Source: Vicinamibacterales bacterium
GTDB lineage: Bacteria > Acidobacteriota > Vicinamibacteria > Vicinamibacterales > JAMQPK01
DNA length: 64,000 nt
Reading direction: 5' to 3'
Assembly: GCA_035937795.1 (NCBI GenBank)
Contig: DASZHO010000051.1
Location: 35,290-99,289, forward strand
How positions within the stretch are numbered: position 1 is the first letter of the stretch; each line of letters starts with the position of its first letter. The notes under the pieces are model-generated. The model saw only the letters and a list, made by a program, of their open reading frames with translations, was not told the origin of the DNA and did no database searches. Positions 1 to 10,591 of the stretch are shown here, piece by piece. Made by a program: the position numbers and the translations under genes.

Positions 1-1
1 G

Positions 2-274
2 GCCAAGATCGTCGATCTGTCTGGTCCCTCGACGAAGATCGTTCCCGGCCACGGCGTCGTCGTCGACAAGGCCGCGGTGGCGGCGCACCGCGACATGATC
101 GTCGCCATCCGAGACAAGATCGCCCCGATGGTGAAGCAAGGGATGAGCGTCGAGCAGGTGACCGCCGCGAAACCGACCGCGGCCTACGACGCGAAGGTCC
201 CCGGGGTCGGCACCACCGGCGATCGGTTCGTCGGTCAGGTCTATGCGGAGCTGAAGACCCCACCCGCCCGGTAG
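2..274 (+). CDS. 3' end of a gene truncated by the window edge; possibly an MBL-fold metallo-hydrolase C-terminus
   Basis: Frame 2 is open from base 2 to the TAG at 272-274 (AKIVDLSGPSTKIVPGHGVVVDKAAVAAHRDMIV...). The VPGHG stretch resembles the last His-ligand region of metallo-beta-lactamase-fold proteins. The family call rests on that motif only. Confidence 0.4.
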   Translation, partial: AKIVDLSGPSTKIVPGHGVVVDKAAVAAHRDMIVAIRDKIAPMVKQGMSVEQVTAAKPTAAYDAKVPGVGTTGDRFVGQVYAELKTPPAR

Positions 275-304
275 TCGGGGAGAGGATCGCGTCGTGGCCG
301 TCGA

Positions 305-2554
305 TTAGCGTTGGAAGGCGTATGAGAGCTTGACGAAAAACTGGCGATCCAGCCGCGCCAGGCGCCGCTGGCCCAGCAGTTCCCGATCGTCGCCGTACCC
401 GACGAACATCACCGACTGCCAATTGATCTTGTACGCGACGAGAGCTGAGCCGCCGAATGTTCCCGACCGGGCGTCGACGCTCGACGTGTAAAGCGACGGA
501 TCGCGCGTCGTCCGGACGTACTGTCCGATGACGCGGACGAACAGCCGCGAGGTGAAGGCGTACGTGCCCTTCACCCGCGAGACGCGCTGGATGAAGAGTC
601 GCGCACCGGCCGACTGCGATCCGTCGACATTCAGCCAGCGCGTGTTCTCGAGGAGATCGAGTGCGAGATGATCGGTCGCCTGCAGCGTCGCGCTGGCATT
701 GATCGTCGACCCGTGGGCGGGACGCGCGTTCTCGAAGTCGATGTCCTGCCCGAGCGTGCCGTTGAGGGCGACCGAACTCAGGCGGCGCGACGGACTGAAC
801 TGCACGGAGTAGCCGAACTGTTTGCGGCGTATCAGCGTGTCGCCCGCGAGCGTTGGGTTGTCGATATAGCGGAACTGCATGAAGCCGCTCCACCAAGTGT
901 TCAGTCCGATGCCCGGTTCAACGTCGCGCGTAATGACCGGCCCTGACGGCTCCGCTTGATAATCCAAGGTCACGAACGGCCGGGCGAGGGATACGAACCC
1001 GGTCGGATGCACGGACCATCCGGCGTACCCGTAGGCTTCTCGATACCCTACTTGCGGCACGAAGCCGGTGTCGGCGCGGAACCCGCTGCCGACGTCGCTG
1101 TACTTCGCGTACCAGTCGAGATGTCGCGTGTTGTGGCTCCAGTTGGTCTGGAACGCGCTGCCGTTGAGTCGTTGTCCGTTCCATTCGCCGGCGAGGTCGG
1201 GCCGATCCGGCGTTCGCGTCTCGCTGAACAGCCACTGGCCGGTGAGGACGTCGGCGCCCGACAGCCGCCATTGGAAGTCGGGACCGGCGACTCTGTTGTG
1301 TGCGCTGGCGTCGACGGCTTCCCGATCGGTCACGAGAGCGCCGACAAACGACAATCCGATGTCACGCTTCGCGCGGCCGACGAATACGCGCGACGCGAAG
1401 TCCTGCGACGCGGTGGACGAATCGTTTGGACCCGGGAGGATCGCGCTGCCGCCGCCGGAGTCTTCGGTCACGAGCGCCGTGTAGCGAATGCCCCCTGCGT
1501 TGCCGGTGACACGTCCGCCCCACGCCGGTGCGGTAATCGTGCGCGTGTAGACCGCCTGAATCGCCGTCTGCAACAGATCGACGCCTTCGAGAAAGAACGG
1601 CCGCTTCTCCGGAAAGAGCAGCGCGAAGCGCTCGTTGGCGGAAATCTGCGCCGTGTCGGACTCCACTTGCGAGAAATCGGGCTTGACCGTCAAGTCGATC
1701 GCGTTGTTTGCGTCGGGCGTGAGCTTCACGTCGACACCGACGTGCGGCTTGATCGGCGCGGCGACCAGCGGCGATCCCAGCACGTCACCGGCCGGGTGCG
1801 CCGTGTCGCTCGCGCTCGCGTACGGCGCCGCGATCAAGTGTCCGCCCTTCGGCAGTCCTTCGAGCCCGGACAAGACGTTCTCGTGACAGATCAGACAGTT
1901 GTTGCCGCGCGGAATCCGAGCCGACATCAACTGATAGCGGTACTGCCTCGGGTAGTTGCGAAACAGAATGATGCCCCACGTCTGCGGGTCGACGTTCCTG
2001 TATCGCAGCGTGGAAAACGGAATCCGCATTTCGACGATCCAGCCGTGATCCGTGATGCGCGCGGCGGAATCCCAAAAGAAGTCTGGCGAGGCGTTCTCTC
2101 CGGACGAGTCGTCCGTGACGGCGTCGTACTGGACGTTGCGCGGATTGACGAAGAATTCAAACGCCGTGCGACCCGTGTTCAGCGGATCGATGAAGATCCC
2201 GCCGAAGTCCATGCTGTTCCCGTTGATCGCGTCGTGGTCGCCAAGCGGCGCGCGGATTGTAGAAGGATTCGGATCATCGAACTCGAACGCCGCGTAGAAG
2301 AACCGGTCGTCATAGGTCAGGTAGCCGATGCTCTTCACTGACGGCACCGCGTTGTCGCCGGGCTGGACCTCGTACCACGTCTCGATCCGGGTTGCCGTCC
2401 GCCACGCCTCGTCGGACAAATCGCCGTCGATTCGAATCGGACCTGTTGCCCGCGTGATGTGAAATGTCGTGCCGACCAGCGACGGCTGGCCGCCGGCCGT
2501 CGCGGCCCAACCCACGAGGACCGCCATCAAGAGAGACACCCGAACCGAAGGCAC
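305..2554 (-). CDS. Secreted or outer-membrane protein with an N-terminal CBM9/DOMON-like domain and a DUF5916-like beta-rich C-terminal region
   Basis: 749-aa ORF with a signal peptide (MPSVRVSLLMAVLVGWAATAGG). The segment IRIDGDLSDEAWRTATRIETWYEVQPGDN...YLTYDDRFFYAAFEFDD is the typical start of CBM9-like/DUF5916 proteins. The C-terminal half is long, beta-rich and aromatic-rich. Confidence 0.65.
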   Translation of the reverse strand: MPSVRVSLLMAVLVGWAATAGGQPSLVGTTFHITRATGPIRIDGDLSDEAWRTATRIETWYEVQPGDNAVPSVKSIGYLTYDDRFFYAAFEFDDPNPSTIRAPLGDHDAINGNSMDFGGIFIDPLNTGRTAFEFFVNPRNVQYDAVTDDSSGENASPDFFWDSAARITDHGWIVEMRIPFSTLRYRNVDPQTWGIILFRNYPRQYRYQLMSARIPRGNNCLICHENVLSGLEGLPKGGHLIAAPYASASDTAHPAGDVLGSPLVAAPIKPHVGVDVKLTPDANNAIDLTVKPDFSQVESDTAQISANERFALLFPEKRPFFLEGVDLLQTAIQAVYTRTITAPAWGGRVTGNAGGIRYTALVTEDSGGGSAILPGPNDSSTASQDFASRVFVGRAKRDIGLSFVGALVTDREAVDASAHNRVAGPDFQWRLSGADVLTGQWLFSETRTPDRPDLAGEWNGQRLNGSAFQTNWSHNTRHLDWYAKYSDVGSGFRADTGFVPQVGYREAYGYAGWSVHPTGFVSLARPFVTLDYQAEPSGPVITRDVEPGIGLNTWWSGFMQFRYIDNPTLAGDTLIRRKQFGYSVQFSPSRRLSSVALNGTLGQDIDFENARPAHGSTINASATLQATDHLALDLLENTRWLNVDGSQSAGARLFIQRVSRVKGTYAFTSRLFVRVIGQYVRTTRDPSLYTSSVDARSGTFGGSALVAYKINWQSVMFVGYGDDRELLGQRRLARLDRQFFVKLSYAFQR

Positions 2555-2654
2555 GCGAACCTAAGTTTAACCGTCGCCGCACTGCCGCGTACCGCGTATC
2601 GCCACAACAGCGGGCCGGCATGACGTGAACATCGGTTTCGGGCAGGTCGCGCCC

Positions 2655-3563
2655 CTATTGACCGCGTGGTGGTTCGAGATCGCCCGCGCCTTCCTCGTCC
2701 TCCCACTTCCTGCGCAGCGCCGCGCGCTGCTGCCGGCGCCTGAAGATGGCATAGAGCGCCAGCAGCGTCACGATCATCCAGAGCGCGTCGGCGGTCGTGA
2801 AAAACGGGCCCCATCTCGTCCAGAACCGGTGCCGATTCCAGAATGCAGCTTCCTCGTCCGGGACACTGCGGCCCATTACCCGCTCAAACGCGTCGTCGAA
2901 CGAGGCGCCGGCCACCATTCGCGCGAGCAGTTGGGCGGGTGCCGACGATCCGTGCTGCCGGACAAGGTCGCGAACGAACGCACCGGCCAGCGTGTAGGCG
3001 CGGATACGGGCGCCCTCGTCCTGCATGAAGAGCGCGTCGACCTGGTCCAGCGGCGTGGGCTCCACGAACGTGAGCTCCTGAAACAGCCGCGCCTGGTCCT
3101 CGAGTCCCCACGAGCGCTCGGCCGCCATCGCGAGACCCTCCTGGAACCAGCGCGGCAGCGGCTTGCCGCCGGCCGCGCGCGTGATGAGCACGTGCGCCAC
3201 TTCGTGGTGCAGCACGTCTTCGAGCGAATCGTATGGGTAGGTCAGCGACCGGGATGGAAAAAGGACAACCAGACTCTCTTCACCGATCGCGAAGCCGGCT
3301 GTCGATGGCGGAACTTGACGTGCCCACTCGGAGCTCTCCGACGCCAGCACCACGTGGATCGCAGGTCCCGGATCGGACAGCCCGACAAGCCGCATCACGC
3401 CGCGCAGGCGGGTCGGGTCGAACGACTCGAGGCGCGCGCGGGCAGCCGCCAGCTCATCGTTCGGCGCCGGCGCTTCGATGTTGAGTTGCGGGACGGACGG
3501 CGGGTCGGACGATTGCCGGCCTACCGCTACGAGCAGCGAAAGCAACAGGACGATCGGCGGCAC
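2655..3563 (-). CDS. Peptidase MA-like (gluzincin) zinc metalloprotease with a C-terminal TM anchor
   Basis: 302-aa ORF with an HEXXH motif (HHEVAHVLI) followed by WFQEGLA, a candidate third-ligand Glu. There is an N-terminal hydrophobic signal and a C-terminal hydrophobic helix (ALWMIVTLLALYAIF). It lies 17 bp downstream of addA on the same strand. Confidence 0.55.
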   Translation of the reverse strand: MPPIVLLLSLLVAVGRQSSDPPSVPQLNIEAPAPNDELAAARARLESFDPTRLRGVMRLVGLSDPGPAIHVVLASESSEWARQVPPSTAGFAIGEESLVVLFPSRSLTYPYDSLEDVLHHEVAHVLITRAAGGKPLPRWFQEGLAMAAERSWGLEDQARLFQELTFVEPTPLDQVDALFMQDEGARIRAYTLAGAFVRDLVRQHGSSAPAQLLARMVAGASFDDAFERVMGRSVPDEEAAFWNRHRFWTRWGPFFTTADALWMIVTLLALYAIFRRRQQRAALRRKWEDEEGAGDLEPPRGQ

Positions 3564-3579
3564 GGAAACCCTCTGGTCT

Positions 3580-6500
3580 CTAGATCCTCAACAAGAACGC
3601 CGACACCGGCTTTGCACAGGCTGCAGCGACCGCCGACGCGTATAGCCTCACCTGGCGCTGGTAGGAGGTGTCTGGTCCAATCTCTTCGTCCGTCTTGAAG
3701 TCAACAAGCGTCCATCGATCGTCTTCCTCAAAGGCCAGGTCGACGACTCCCTCGATAAGCCTATCGCCATCACGCCAGGCAACCGGCGCTTCGCGCCGGC
3801 AGCGATTTGTCTTCATGGCTTCGCGGGCGCGCCTGAGAATCGGATGCGCCAGCACAGCCTGCACGACGTTTGCGGCGGATTCTGCTTCCTGCCGGGTGGC
3901 TCCAAGAGTCCGGGCCTGAAGGGCCGTGAGACGTTCGATGACATCGGGTTCTCCGTCAAAAGGGACGATTCCAAGAACGGCATGAACGAGCGCCCCGAAA
4001 CGGGCGCCGGATGGGCGGTCGCGCTCCCTCGGAACCTGAATGATGTCGACGGCCGGCAGCGCGAGGTCCTCCGGGAACTCCCCGGTTTTTGCCCACTGCG
4101 TTACAGTTTGCGCGGTAACGGACGGACGGGATCCGCCGGCAAGCGCGGCATCGCTGCCCCCACGCCAGGCCCGGTAGTCGGCCAGGCCGGCCTCGACAAT
4201 CCGGGGCGCGACATCCTTGACGATCAGTTCGGAACGACGAATACCGAGGGGCGGCTCAGCGTCGAGCTTCAAGTCGCGGGGATCCCACCAGACGACGGAG
4301 TGACCGGCGCCAAAGGCGTGCAAGCCCGGCGAGACTGTGCTCGGCGATGCGGGATCTCCGTTTGGCCGGATCAGAACCGAATCCTTCGAGCGGAACTCCG
4401 GACAGCCTGGAGCGCGCGTTTGCTGCCGGCGCGCTTCCACCGCGGGATAGATCGCGCAGTTCACCGGCTCGATCCAGCCCTCCCGCTCCTCGTCTCCGAC
4501 TGCGGGCACAACCAGCAGGTCTCGCGCACGAGTGGCGGCCACGTACGCAAGCCGCACTCCTTCGGCCTCGTCGCGCTCCAGCTCTTCAGCCTCGTGTTCA
4601 ATCAGATCGAACGGCGAACAGCCGGCAAGTCGAACGGCGCACGTCCCACGATCCGAATCGATATACCGGCTGGCAGCGGTCGATCGCAGTCTGGCGGTCA
4701 TGTCCGCGAGGATCACGACGGGGAATTCCAGGCCTTTGGCTTTGTGCACCGTCATGAGGCGGACGCCGTCGCTGCCTTCTTCGAGGATCGGCGCCTCTCC
4801 GGCCTGGCCGCTCTGGGCCTGTTCGCGCAGCTCCTCGATAAACCCACGAAATGAGATCCCACCCTCGGCCTCGTACCGGCGCGCGAGCTCGGCAACGTAG
4901 AGCACGTTCGCCAGCACCTGCTCGCCGCCGTGCTCGAGCGCAAACCGCACGTGCGCACGGGTCGTCCCGAGCAGCGTCGAAATGGTCGTTGCCACCGGGA
5001 CGTAGTTTCGAGAACGATGCAACGCCTGCAAGAGCTCGAGCGCCCGGACGATGGGAACGCAACCGGGCGAGACGTCCTTCGGAATCCTGAACGGATGGAA
5101 ATGGCCGAACTGATGGCGATATTCCAGCAATTCCTCGTCGCCGATCGCAAACAGGGCTCCTCTCAACGTTGCAAAGACCGACAGCTCGTCGTCCGGCCAT
5201 TCGATAGCGGCCAAGGCCGCGCGCAACGTCTCGATCTCGGCACGATTGTGAAACGACCGACCGCCCACGAGCAGATGCGGGATGCCGCGCGCCTCGAGCG
5301 CCCGGACGTACAGCCGCGTCATATCCTGCTCATAACTGACGAACCGGCGGAACAGCAGGCAGATGTGCCGCGCCTGGACTGGAACGAGCCGCTCCTTTTC
5401 GCCCGGCTTGAAGCCAAGGGCAACGGCCGGGACGAGCTCGTTCGCAGCGGAATCAGCGGACGATGGACGCTCGGCCACCGTCCAGTTGCTTTCGTGAACG
5501 AGCCAATCGACAAACGCGCCCACGGCAGCAGGAAGGGATTCCTCGATTGATGTGTTGGCGATGCGCTGTATCCCGTAGGGCTCCGGGACAGGAAGCACGA
5601 CCACCGACGGCTGTTCAGATGCGTCGGCGCGGAACGGCTCGAGCGGAACATAGCCGGCTTGCAGCGCGGCACGATCGCCGGTCATCGCAGGTTCAAATGA
5701 CGCGTTGATGGCGCGCTGGATGTTCGGCCGGGCACGGAAGCTGGTGCGCAGCGTCACACGCTTCGCTCCAGCTGCCTCCAACATCTCGTAGACACGGCGG
5801 TAGACTCCAACGTCGGCGCGCCGAAACCGATAGATCGACTGCTTCGGGTCGCCGACCATGAAAAGCTTGCCGGGGACGGACCGAACTTTGCGCCAATCTG
5901 CGACAGCGGGGTCGTCGGCGGCCAACAGCATCAGGATTTCAGCCTGCAGCGGATCGGTATCCTGAAACTCATCGACAAACAGACGTTTGAACCGCTGCTG
6001 AAAGCTCCGTCGCACATCGCCGTCGTTTCTCACCAGATCGCGAGCCTTGAGAAGCAAATCGAGAAAATCGAGCGCGCCGGCCCTGGCCTTCGCGTCCTCG
6101 TATGTCTGCGCACACGCGCGGAGTTCCAGGCGCAGGAGCGCCGCGAGGTCGGCGTTCGCATCCGCCTCAAAGCGATTCAGCTCGGCTTGCAGCTCTTCGC
6201 GTGCACGGCAGACGTCCTCGCGGAGGACGCCGGGCCGATAGGTCTTGCCGCTGCCTTTGCGCGCGCGCTGAAACTGACGATTCCTGCCCAGCTCGATGAG
6301 CGTGCCCTCCAGCCGGCCGTAATCCCGCGGCATGACTTTTTCGGTGCGGGCGATTTCTTCGGTGAGCTGTCTGGCAGGTCGAGCGTCCAGGTAGAAGTTG
6401 TCGTACTGGTAGGCAGGGTCAGCGGACAAGCGCGCAAACTCTTCCAACCGCGTCACGAGGGCGTCGATACGGCCTGGACGATCGAACGGTGGCCGCTGCC

Positions 6501-7122
6501 AATCACAGTCGAAATCGCGCCATTGAATCAGATCCCAACCGGCGTTGCGAAGCCGTTCGACCGGGCCATCGTCGTTGTCCGCGCCTGGCCCGAGTCCGGC
6601 GAAACCAGGACGCCGCAAGGAGCGCTGGATGCCTTCAGGGGGATTGCCGAGCTGCTCCTGGAACCATGTCTGAAACGCGGCGTCGTACAAGCGGCGAGCC
6701 TGCTCCTCGGTGAGAACCGCGAACAGCGGATCGACGCGCGCCTCCACCGGACGCTCCCGCAACAGATCCGCGCAGAACCCGTGAATCGTGCTGACCTGCG
6801 CTTCCTCGAGGCGGCGAAGCGCGTGATCGAGACGCGCGCGTTCCTTCGACCCGGCGGCTGCCGCTCCGCGCGATTCTTCGAGCGTCTCCCTGAGTCTCAG
6901 CTTGAGCTCGCCGGCGGCCTTCTCGGTGAAGGTGACCGAGACGATCCCGGTGACCTCGGCCTCTCCGGTCTCGATGACACGGACGATGCGGCGGACGAGC
7001 TCGGTGGTTTTGCCCGTCCCCGCGGCCGCTTCGACGATGAGAGTGGCGTCGAGGGCTTTCGAGATCAGGTCGCGGTCGCGCTGATCGGCAAGCGGCGGCT
7101 GCTCTGCACGCGGCGGCATCAT
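3580..7122 (-). CDS. addA: AddA-type UvrD/Rep-family helicase-nuclease subunit
   Basis: 1180-aa ORF with a Walker A motif (EAAAGTGKTTEL), a DEFQDT motif and UvrD-type motifs throughout. The C-terminal PD-(D/E)XK-like nuclease signature is GVVDLAFEEDDRWTLVDFKTDEE. The start overlaps the addB stop by 4 nt. Confidence 0.85.
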   Translation of the reverse strand: MMPPRAEQPPLADQRDRDLISKALDATLIVEAAAGTGKTTELVRRIVRVIETGEAEVTGIVSVTFTEKAAGELKLRLRETLEESRGAAAAGSKERARLDHALRRLEEAQVSTIHGFCADLLRERPVEARVDPLFAVLTEEQARRLYDAAFQTWFQEQLGNPPEGIQRSLRRPGFAGLGPGADNDDGPVERLRNAGWDLIQWRDFDCDWQRPPFDRPGRIDALVTRLEEFARLSADPAYQYDNFYLDARPARQLTEEIARTEKVMPRDYGRLEGTLIELGRNRQFQRARKGSGKTYRPGVLREDVCRAREELQAELNRFEADANADLAALLRLELRACAQTYEDAKARAGALDFLDLLLKARDLVRNDGDVRRSFQQRFKRLFVDEFQDTDPLQAEILMLLAADDPAVADWRKVRSVPGKLFMVGDPKQSIYRFRRADVGVYRRVYEMLEAAGAKRVTLRTSFRARPNIQRAINASFEPAMTGDRAALQAGYVPLEPFRADASEQPSVVVLPVPEPYGIQRIANTSIEESLPAAVGAFVDWLVHESNWTVAERPSSADSAANELVPAVALGFKPGEKERLVPVQARHICLLFRRFVSYEQDMTRLYVRALEARGIPHLLVGGRSFHNRAEIETLRAALAAIEWPDDELSVFATLRGALFAIGDEELLEYRHQFGHFHPFRIPKDVSPGCVPIVRALELLQALHRSRNYVPVATTISTLLGTTRAHVRFALEHGGEQVLANVLYVAELARRYEAEGGISFRGFIEELREQAQSGQAGEAPILEEGSDGVRLMTVHKAKGLEFPVVILADMTARLRSTAASRYIDSDRGTCAVRLAGCSPFDLIEHEAEELERDEAEGVRLAYVAATRARDLLVVPAVGDEEREGWIEPVNCAIYPAVEARRQQTRAPGCPEFRSKDSVLIRPNGDPASPSTVSPGLHAFGAGHSVVWWDPRDLKLDAEPPLGIRRSELIVKDVAPRIVEAGLADYRAWRGGSDAALAGGSRPSVTAQTVTQWAKTGEFPEDLALPAVDIIQVPRERDRPSGARFGALVHAVLGIVPFDGEPDVIERLTALQARTLGATRQEAESAANVVQAVLAHPILRRAREAMKTNRCRREAPVAWRDGDRLIEGVVDLAFEEDDRWTLVDFKTDEEIGPDTSYQRQVRLYASAVAAACAKPVSAFLLRI

Positions 7123-10100
7123 GGCCGTTTCCTCAGCTCCAGCAAATCACCGATCTGATTGTGCAATTTTCCTTTGGCACGCCGTTCCTGGTCGGGGCCG
7201 CACACTGGAAGAAAATCGCACATGCCGCAGGCCTTCTCAGCCGGCGCCGGCGGCAGCATGCCGAGCTCCACGGCGCGGTCGACGATTTCGAGCACCTCGA
7301 TCCCTGTCTGCCGCGTGCGGTCGTTTATCAGAACGGAATGTTCGGTAAAACCGCCGCCCGTCGTGCAATACGAAAAGCGGCCGCTCTCCACCGTGCAACC
7401 GGTGGCTGCCTCCACCGCGAGGCTGTAGATGACGGGCTGAAGCTGCGCTCCCCCGCCGATGATGGCACCCTTCGAAGAGCGATTCTTCCCGGTCTTGTGG
7501 TCGGTGACCCTCAGAATCTTCGTCCCGGGCTTGCGCTCGACGAGATCGACCGAGCCGCGGAGGATGAACCGTCCGTCGATGGTGACCGGATCCGGCAGAC
7601 TCCCCGGATCGTGTCCAGGCTGCCCGGGCAACCCGAATGCGAACTCGAAGAGCCAGGGCTCCCACTCGGCGCTCGAGGCCAGCTGGTCGACCCAGACACG
7701 AAGATCGGTCCGCATGCTCGCGATCTCGTCGTCCCACACCCGGTCGATGGCGGGAGCGAGGCGCTCGTAGTAATCCGCCGCGATGCGCGTGAGCGTCTGG
7801 TCGAGTGTTTCGAGCACGCGTGTCCGCTGGGCAGTCGTGACCGGGAGCTTCGCCTGTTGAAGCGCGCGGAAGAACTCGGCCTGCACCTGATGGAAGAGGC
7901 TCCCCTTTGTCAGCGGGTCCATGCGCTGAAGCGGCTCTGGTTCCTCGAGAGGCGCGAGACGGTACGCTGCGGAGACGAAGAACTGGTAGGGACAGGAGGC
8001 GTACTTCTGCAACGCCGAAACCGAATAGGCCCGGGCGCCCAATCGCTGCGCTTGAAGGAACGGGCGCGTTCGGTCGGTAACGCGGACAAGCCCGTCGTAT
8101 TGCGACCAGCTCTTCTGCGCGCGCGCCCAACGCTCGGTGACGGATCGCCTCAGGCAATCGTTCAACGTCAGCATGTAGTGCGCACGGCCCTTGACGTCAC
8201 CCTTACTCACCATGAGGGCGCGGAGCACTGAAAGGTCGTGCTCGAAATCATCGATGGCATCCGCGGCGTGAGTTGGGGCCGGCCACGCGAGGCTCGCATG
8301 GGACTCCTGCGCGGCCATCTGTTCGAGCGCCTGATGGTCGGGAACGCGCCCGGTGACCGCGCGCATGATCTCGAGCGCGTAGAATGAAGGGACGCGCGCG
8401 CGCGCTTCCGACGTTTCGATTCGCGGAAACGACACAAACAGCCGGCCGGTCGCGGCGCCGACCACAAGGCGCAGCAGCAACCGCTCGAGCTCGGCCCGAT
8501 CGTCCTGTACGGGCAGGCCGGTTCCGAGCTCACGCCGCAGATCGTCGAGCAGCAGCGGATCCTCGCGCAGCTTCTGGGGAAACAGACGCTCCGCCAGGCC
8601 TGGCGCGAACACCGTTTTGAATGCGCGGCCACGAGCTTGATGCGGGCTGCCGACAAAGACGCGGCCGTAGCGATTGGCGGGCGGCTCCACTTCGAGCGAC
8701 AGAAGGCGATCGGCGAGAACATCGCGGATTTCTGTCAGCGCGACCGGTCCCACGCCGGCCATCGGGCGCAGATCGGCCAGCACCCGCAGGACGTGCTCCG
8801 GCTTCCTGAGGACGCGTGGCGCGAAACCCTCGAGACGCTGAAGCCAATCGCCCCACGTGGCCTGGCCGGGCCAGCCGGATACAGTTTCGACGAGGGGCAG
8901 CGCGAACGCGCGAAGATGCTCGAGGTTCCGCAGCTCGCGTTCGAGATGCGGGATGCGTGGTGAGTCGGGGTCATCATCCTTCAGCTCACCGATCTTCAAG
9001 CGGTACTGCCCGGCCAAACCGTCCAGCCGCCGCGCCCACCGCTTGCTTCCACCGATGACGGCCGATTCAACCAGCAGGCTCTCCCATTTCCAAGGCGCGC
9101 GAAGCGTACCGGCAACCACGGCGGAGGCTGGATCGGCGTCCGAGGGCGCCGGCGCTTCGACCTTCTCTTGCTCTGAGTCATCGGGTCCGCGGTCCGGGAG
9201 CACACCGAGGGCTTCGTCGCGGGAGGCAACCCACGTTTCTGCCGGCTTCTCATCACCTCTGGCGCCAAGCGACGGAACCTGCGCGAGCGAGAGGTATTCG
9301 GCGAAGCGCTTCGCGGAAAAGTTTTCAGCCGCGCAACTCAGGATGGCCAGAAACGCCCGGCCCGCAGGATGAGGACGCTTGATGCCGCGATCAAAGAAGG
9401 CCGGGATCCGGGCGCGCGCGAGCGCGTGCTCGAGCACGCCGACATACTGCTGGGGCGAGCGGATGAGGATCGCAATCTCGTCGAACCGGACGCCTCCGGC
9501 GGCTTCTTTGAGAATCCGCCGCGCAATCTCTACGCACTCGCGGCCTTCCCCGGGCGCCGAGAACCAGACCAGCTCACCCGTGCGCTCTCGCCCTGGGGGC
9601 GGCTCGGCAGAAAACAAGTGGCGCGAGAGCCGCGCCAGATCCGTCTCAGCGTCCCGCTCGAGTGATTCCAACTCAACCCCACGTTTCTGAAGCAGTGCAA
9701 CCGTGGACACGTCACCGTCCGGAATCGTGATGAGCGCCCGTGGCGATCTCTCAACGAGGGTCCAGAGGAACCGGGCCTCGGCATCGGACTCAAACGGCAC
9801 GTCGAGCAAGACCGTGGGCATGGGCGGCCATGCGGCCTCCGGTGCCTTCAGTGCCTTTGTGGCCGTGTCGAAAAGCGAGGCGCGATCGCTGGCGCCAGCC
9901 TCGTTCATCAGCGTCTCAACGCTTTCAAGCAGCTCCGCGAGGTCCGGCCCGCTGCGCGAGAGGGGCGCCAACCGGCGGGCGGCAATCCCAGCCAGCCGCA
10001 GTTCGAGCAAGGTACGCGCGAGGGCCTTCGGAAACCCCGGAGAGCGCGACACCGGCGAGAAATATTCGAGGGCTTCGTCGTTGGCCGCGTCGAATGCCGC

Positions 10101-10421
10101 TCGCGCCGCAACTGCCTCGTGCCCCAGAGCCGACGCCGGCGACTGCCCGCGAGCCGCAAGATCCGCCGCTGCCAAGCGCGCCGCGAGCTGGGTGAAGGAG
10201 AGGCGATGGAGGCCGAACGTTGCGCCCTTCTCCAGGGCGATCGTGCGGGCCAGATCGTCGGCTGCCCCGCGCGAGGCCGCGAGCAGCAAGACTTCGGTGC
10301 CTGGACTGAAGGCATCCAGAAATCGTCTGGCTTCCTGAAGACGGATCGGTGCCGACGCCGATCGAACGGCTCTGACGCTTACGTTACGGGGCTTGGCACC
10401 CTTTGAGCGAGATCCGGGCAT
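7119..10421 (-). CDS. addB: AddB-type PD-(D/E)XK nuclease subunit with an Fe-S cluster cysteine set
   Basis: 1100-aa ORF immediately upstream of and overlapping addA. It carries the Cys pattern of the AddB iron staple (SCPYQFF ... CGMCDFLPVCG) flanking a RecB-type nuclease motif (VDLVERKPGTKILRVTDHKTG). No intact N-terminal Walker A is visible, as in the non-Bacillus AddB type. Confidence 0.8.
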   Translation of the reverse strand: MPGSRSKGAKPRNVSVRAVRSASAPIRLQEARRFLDAFSPGTEVLLLAASRGAADDLARTIALEKGATFGLHRLSFTQLAARLAAADLAARGQSPASALGHEAVAARAAFDAANDEALEYFSPVSRSPGFPKALARTLLELRLAGIAARRLAPLSRSGPDLAELLESVETLMNEAGASDRASLFDTATKALKAPEAAWPPMPTVLLDVPFESDAEARFLWTLVERSPRALITIPDGDVSTVALLQKRGVELESLERDAETDLARLSRHLFSAEPPPGRERTGELVWFSAPGEGRECVEIARRILKEAAGGVRFDEIAILIRSPQQYVGVLEHALARARIPAFFDRGIKRPHPAGRAFLAILSCAAENFSAKRFAEYLSLAQVPSLGARGDEKPAETWVASRDEALGVLPDRGPDDSEQEKVEAPAPSDADPASAVVAGTLRAPWKWESLLVESAVIGGSKRWARRLDGLAGQYRLKIGELKDDDPDSPRIPHLERELRNLEHLRAFALPLVETVSGWPGQATWGDWLQRLEGFAPRVLRKPEHVLRVLADLRPMAGVGPVALTEIRDVLADRLLSLEVEPPANRYGRVFVGSPHQARGRAFKTVFAPGLAERLFPQKLREDPLLLDDLRRELGTGLPVQDDRAELERLLLRLVVGAATGRLFVSFPRIETSEARARVPSFYALEIMRAVTGRVPDHQALEQMAAQESHASLAWPAPTHAADAIDDFEHDLSVLRALMVSKGDVKGRAHYMLTLNDCLRRSVTERWARAQKSWSQYDGLVRVTDRTRPFLQAQRLGARAYSVSALQKYASCPYQFFVSAAYRLAPLEEPEPLQRMDPLTKGSLFHQVQAEFFRALQQAKLPVTTAQRTRVLETLDQTLTRIAADYYERLAPAIDRVWDDEIASMRTDLRVWVDQLASSAEWEPWLFEFAFGLPGQPGHDPGSLPDPVTIDGRFILRGSVDLVERKPGTKILRVTDHKTGKNRSSKGAIIGGGAQLQPVIYSLAVEAATGCTVESGRFSYCTTGGGFTEHSVLINDRTRQTGIEVLEIVDRAVELGMLPPAPAEKACGMCDFLPVCGPDQERRAKGKLHNQIGDLLELRKRP

Positions 10422-10591
10422 GCGGCTTCCCGCGCTCAGCGAATCGTTTCGACGTTTCCTGAAGGGAAAGGGAATCGACGGCGGGCGGAATTGTTCATCT
10501 GTTGCTCCTTCCCGGACTCCATGCCGGGCAATTCAACGACAGCGGCGCGACGCTCGCTGTTAATGGACCGATGCTAGCACGGACGAACGCG

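Noticed and set aside
3580-10421. Helicase plus nuclease pair as a novel anti-phage defence system
   Set aside because: The sizes, the overlap, the UvrD motifs plus C-terminal nuclease in one subunit and the Fe-S cysteine staple plus RecB nuclease in the other all fit housekeeping AddAB. Nothing here suggests a defence-island context.
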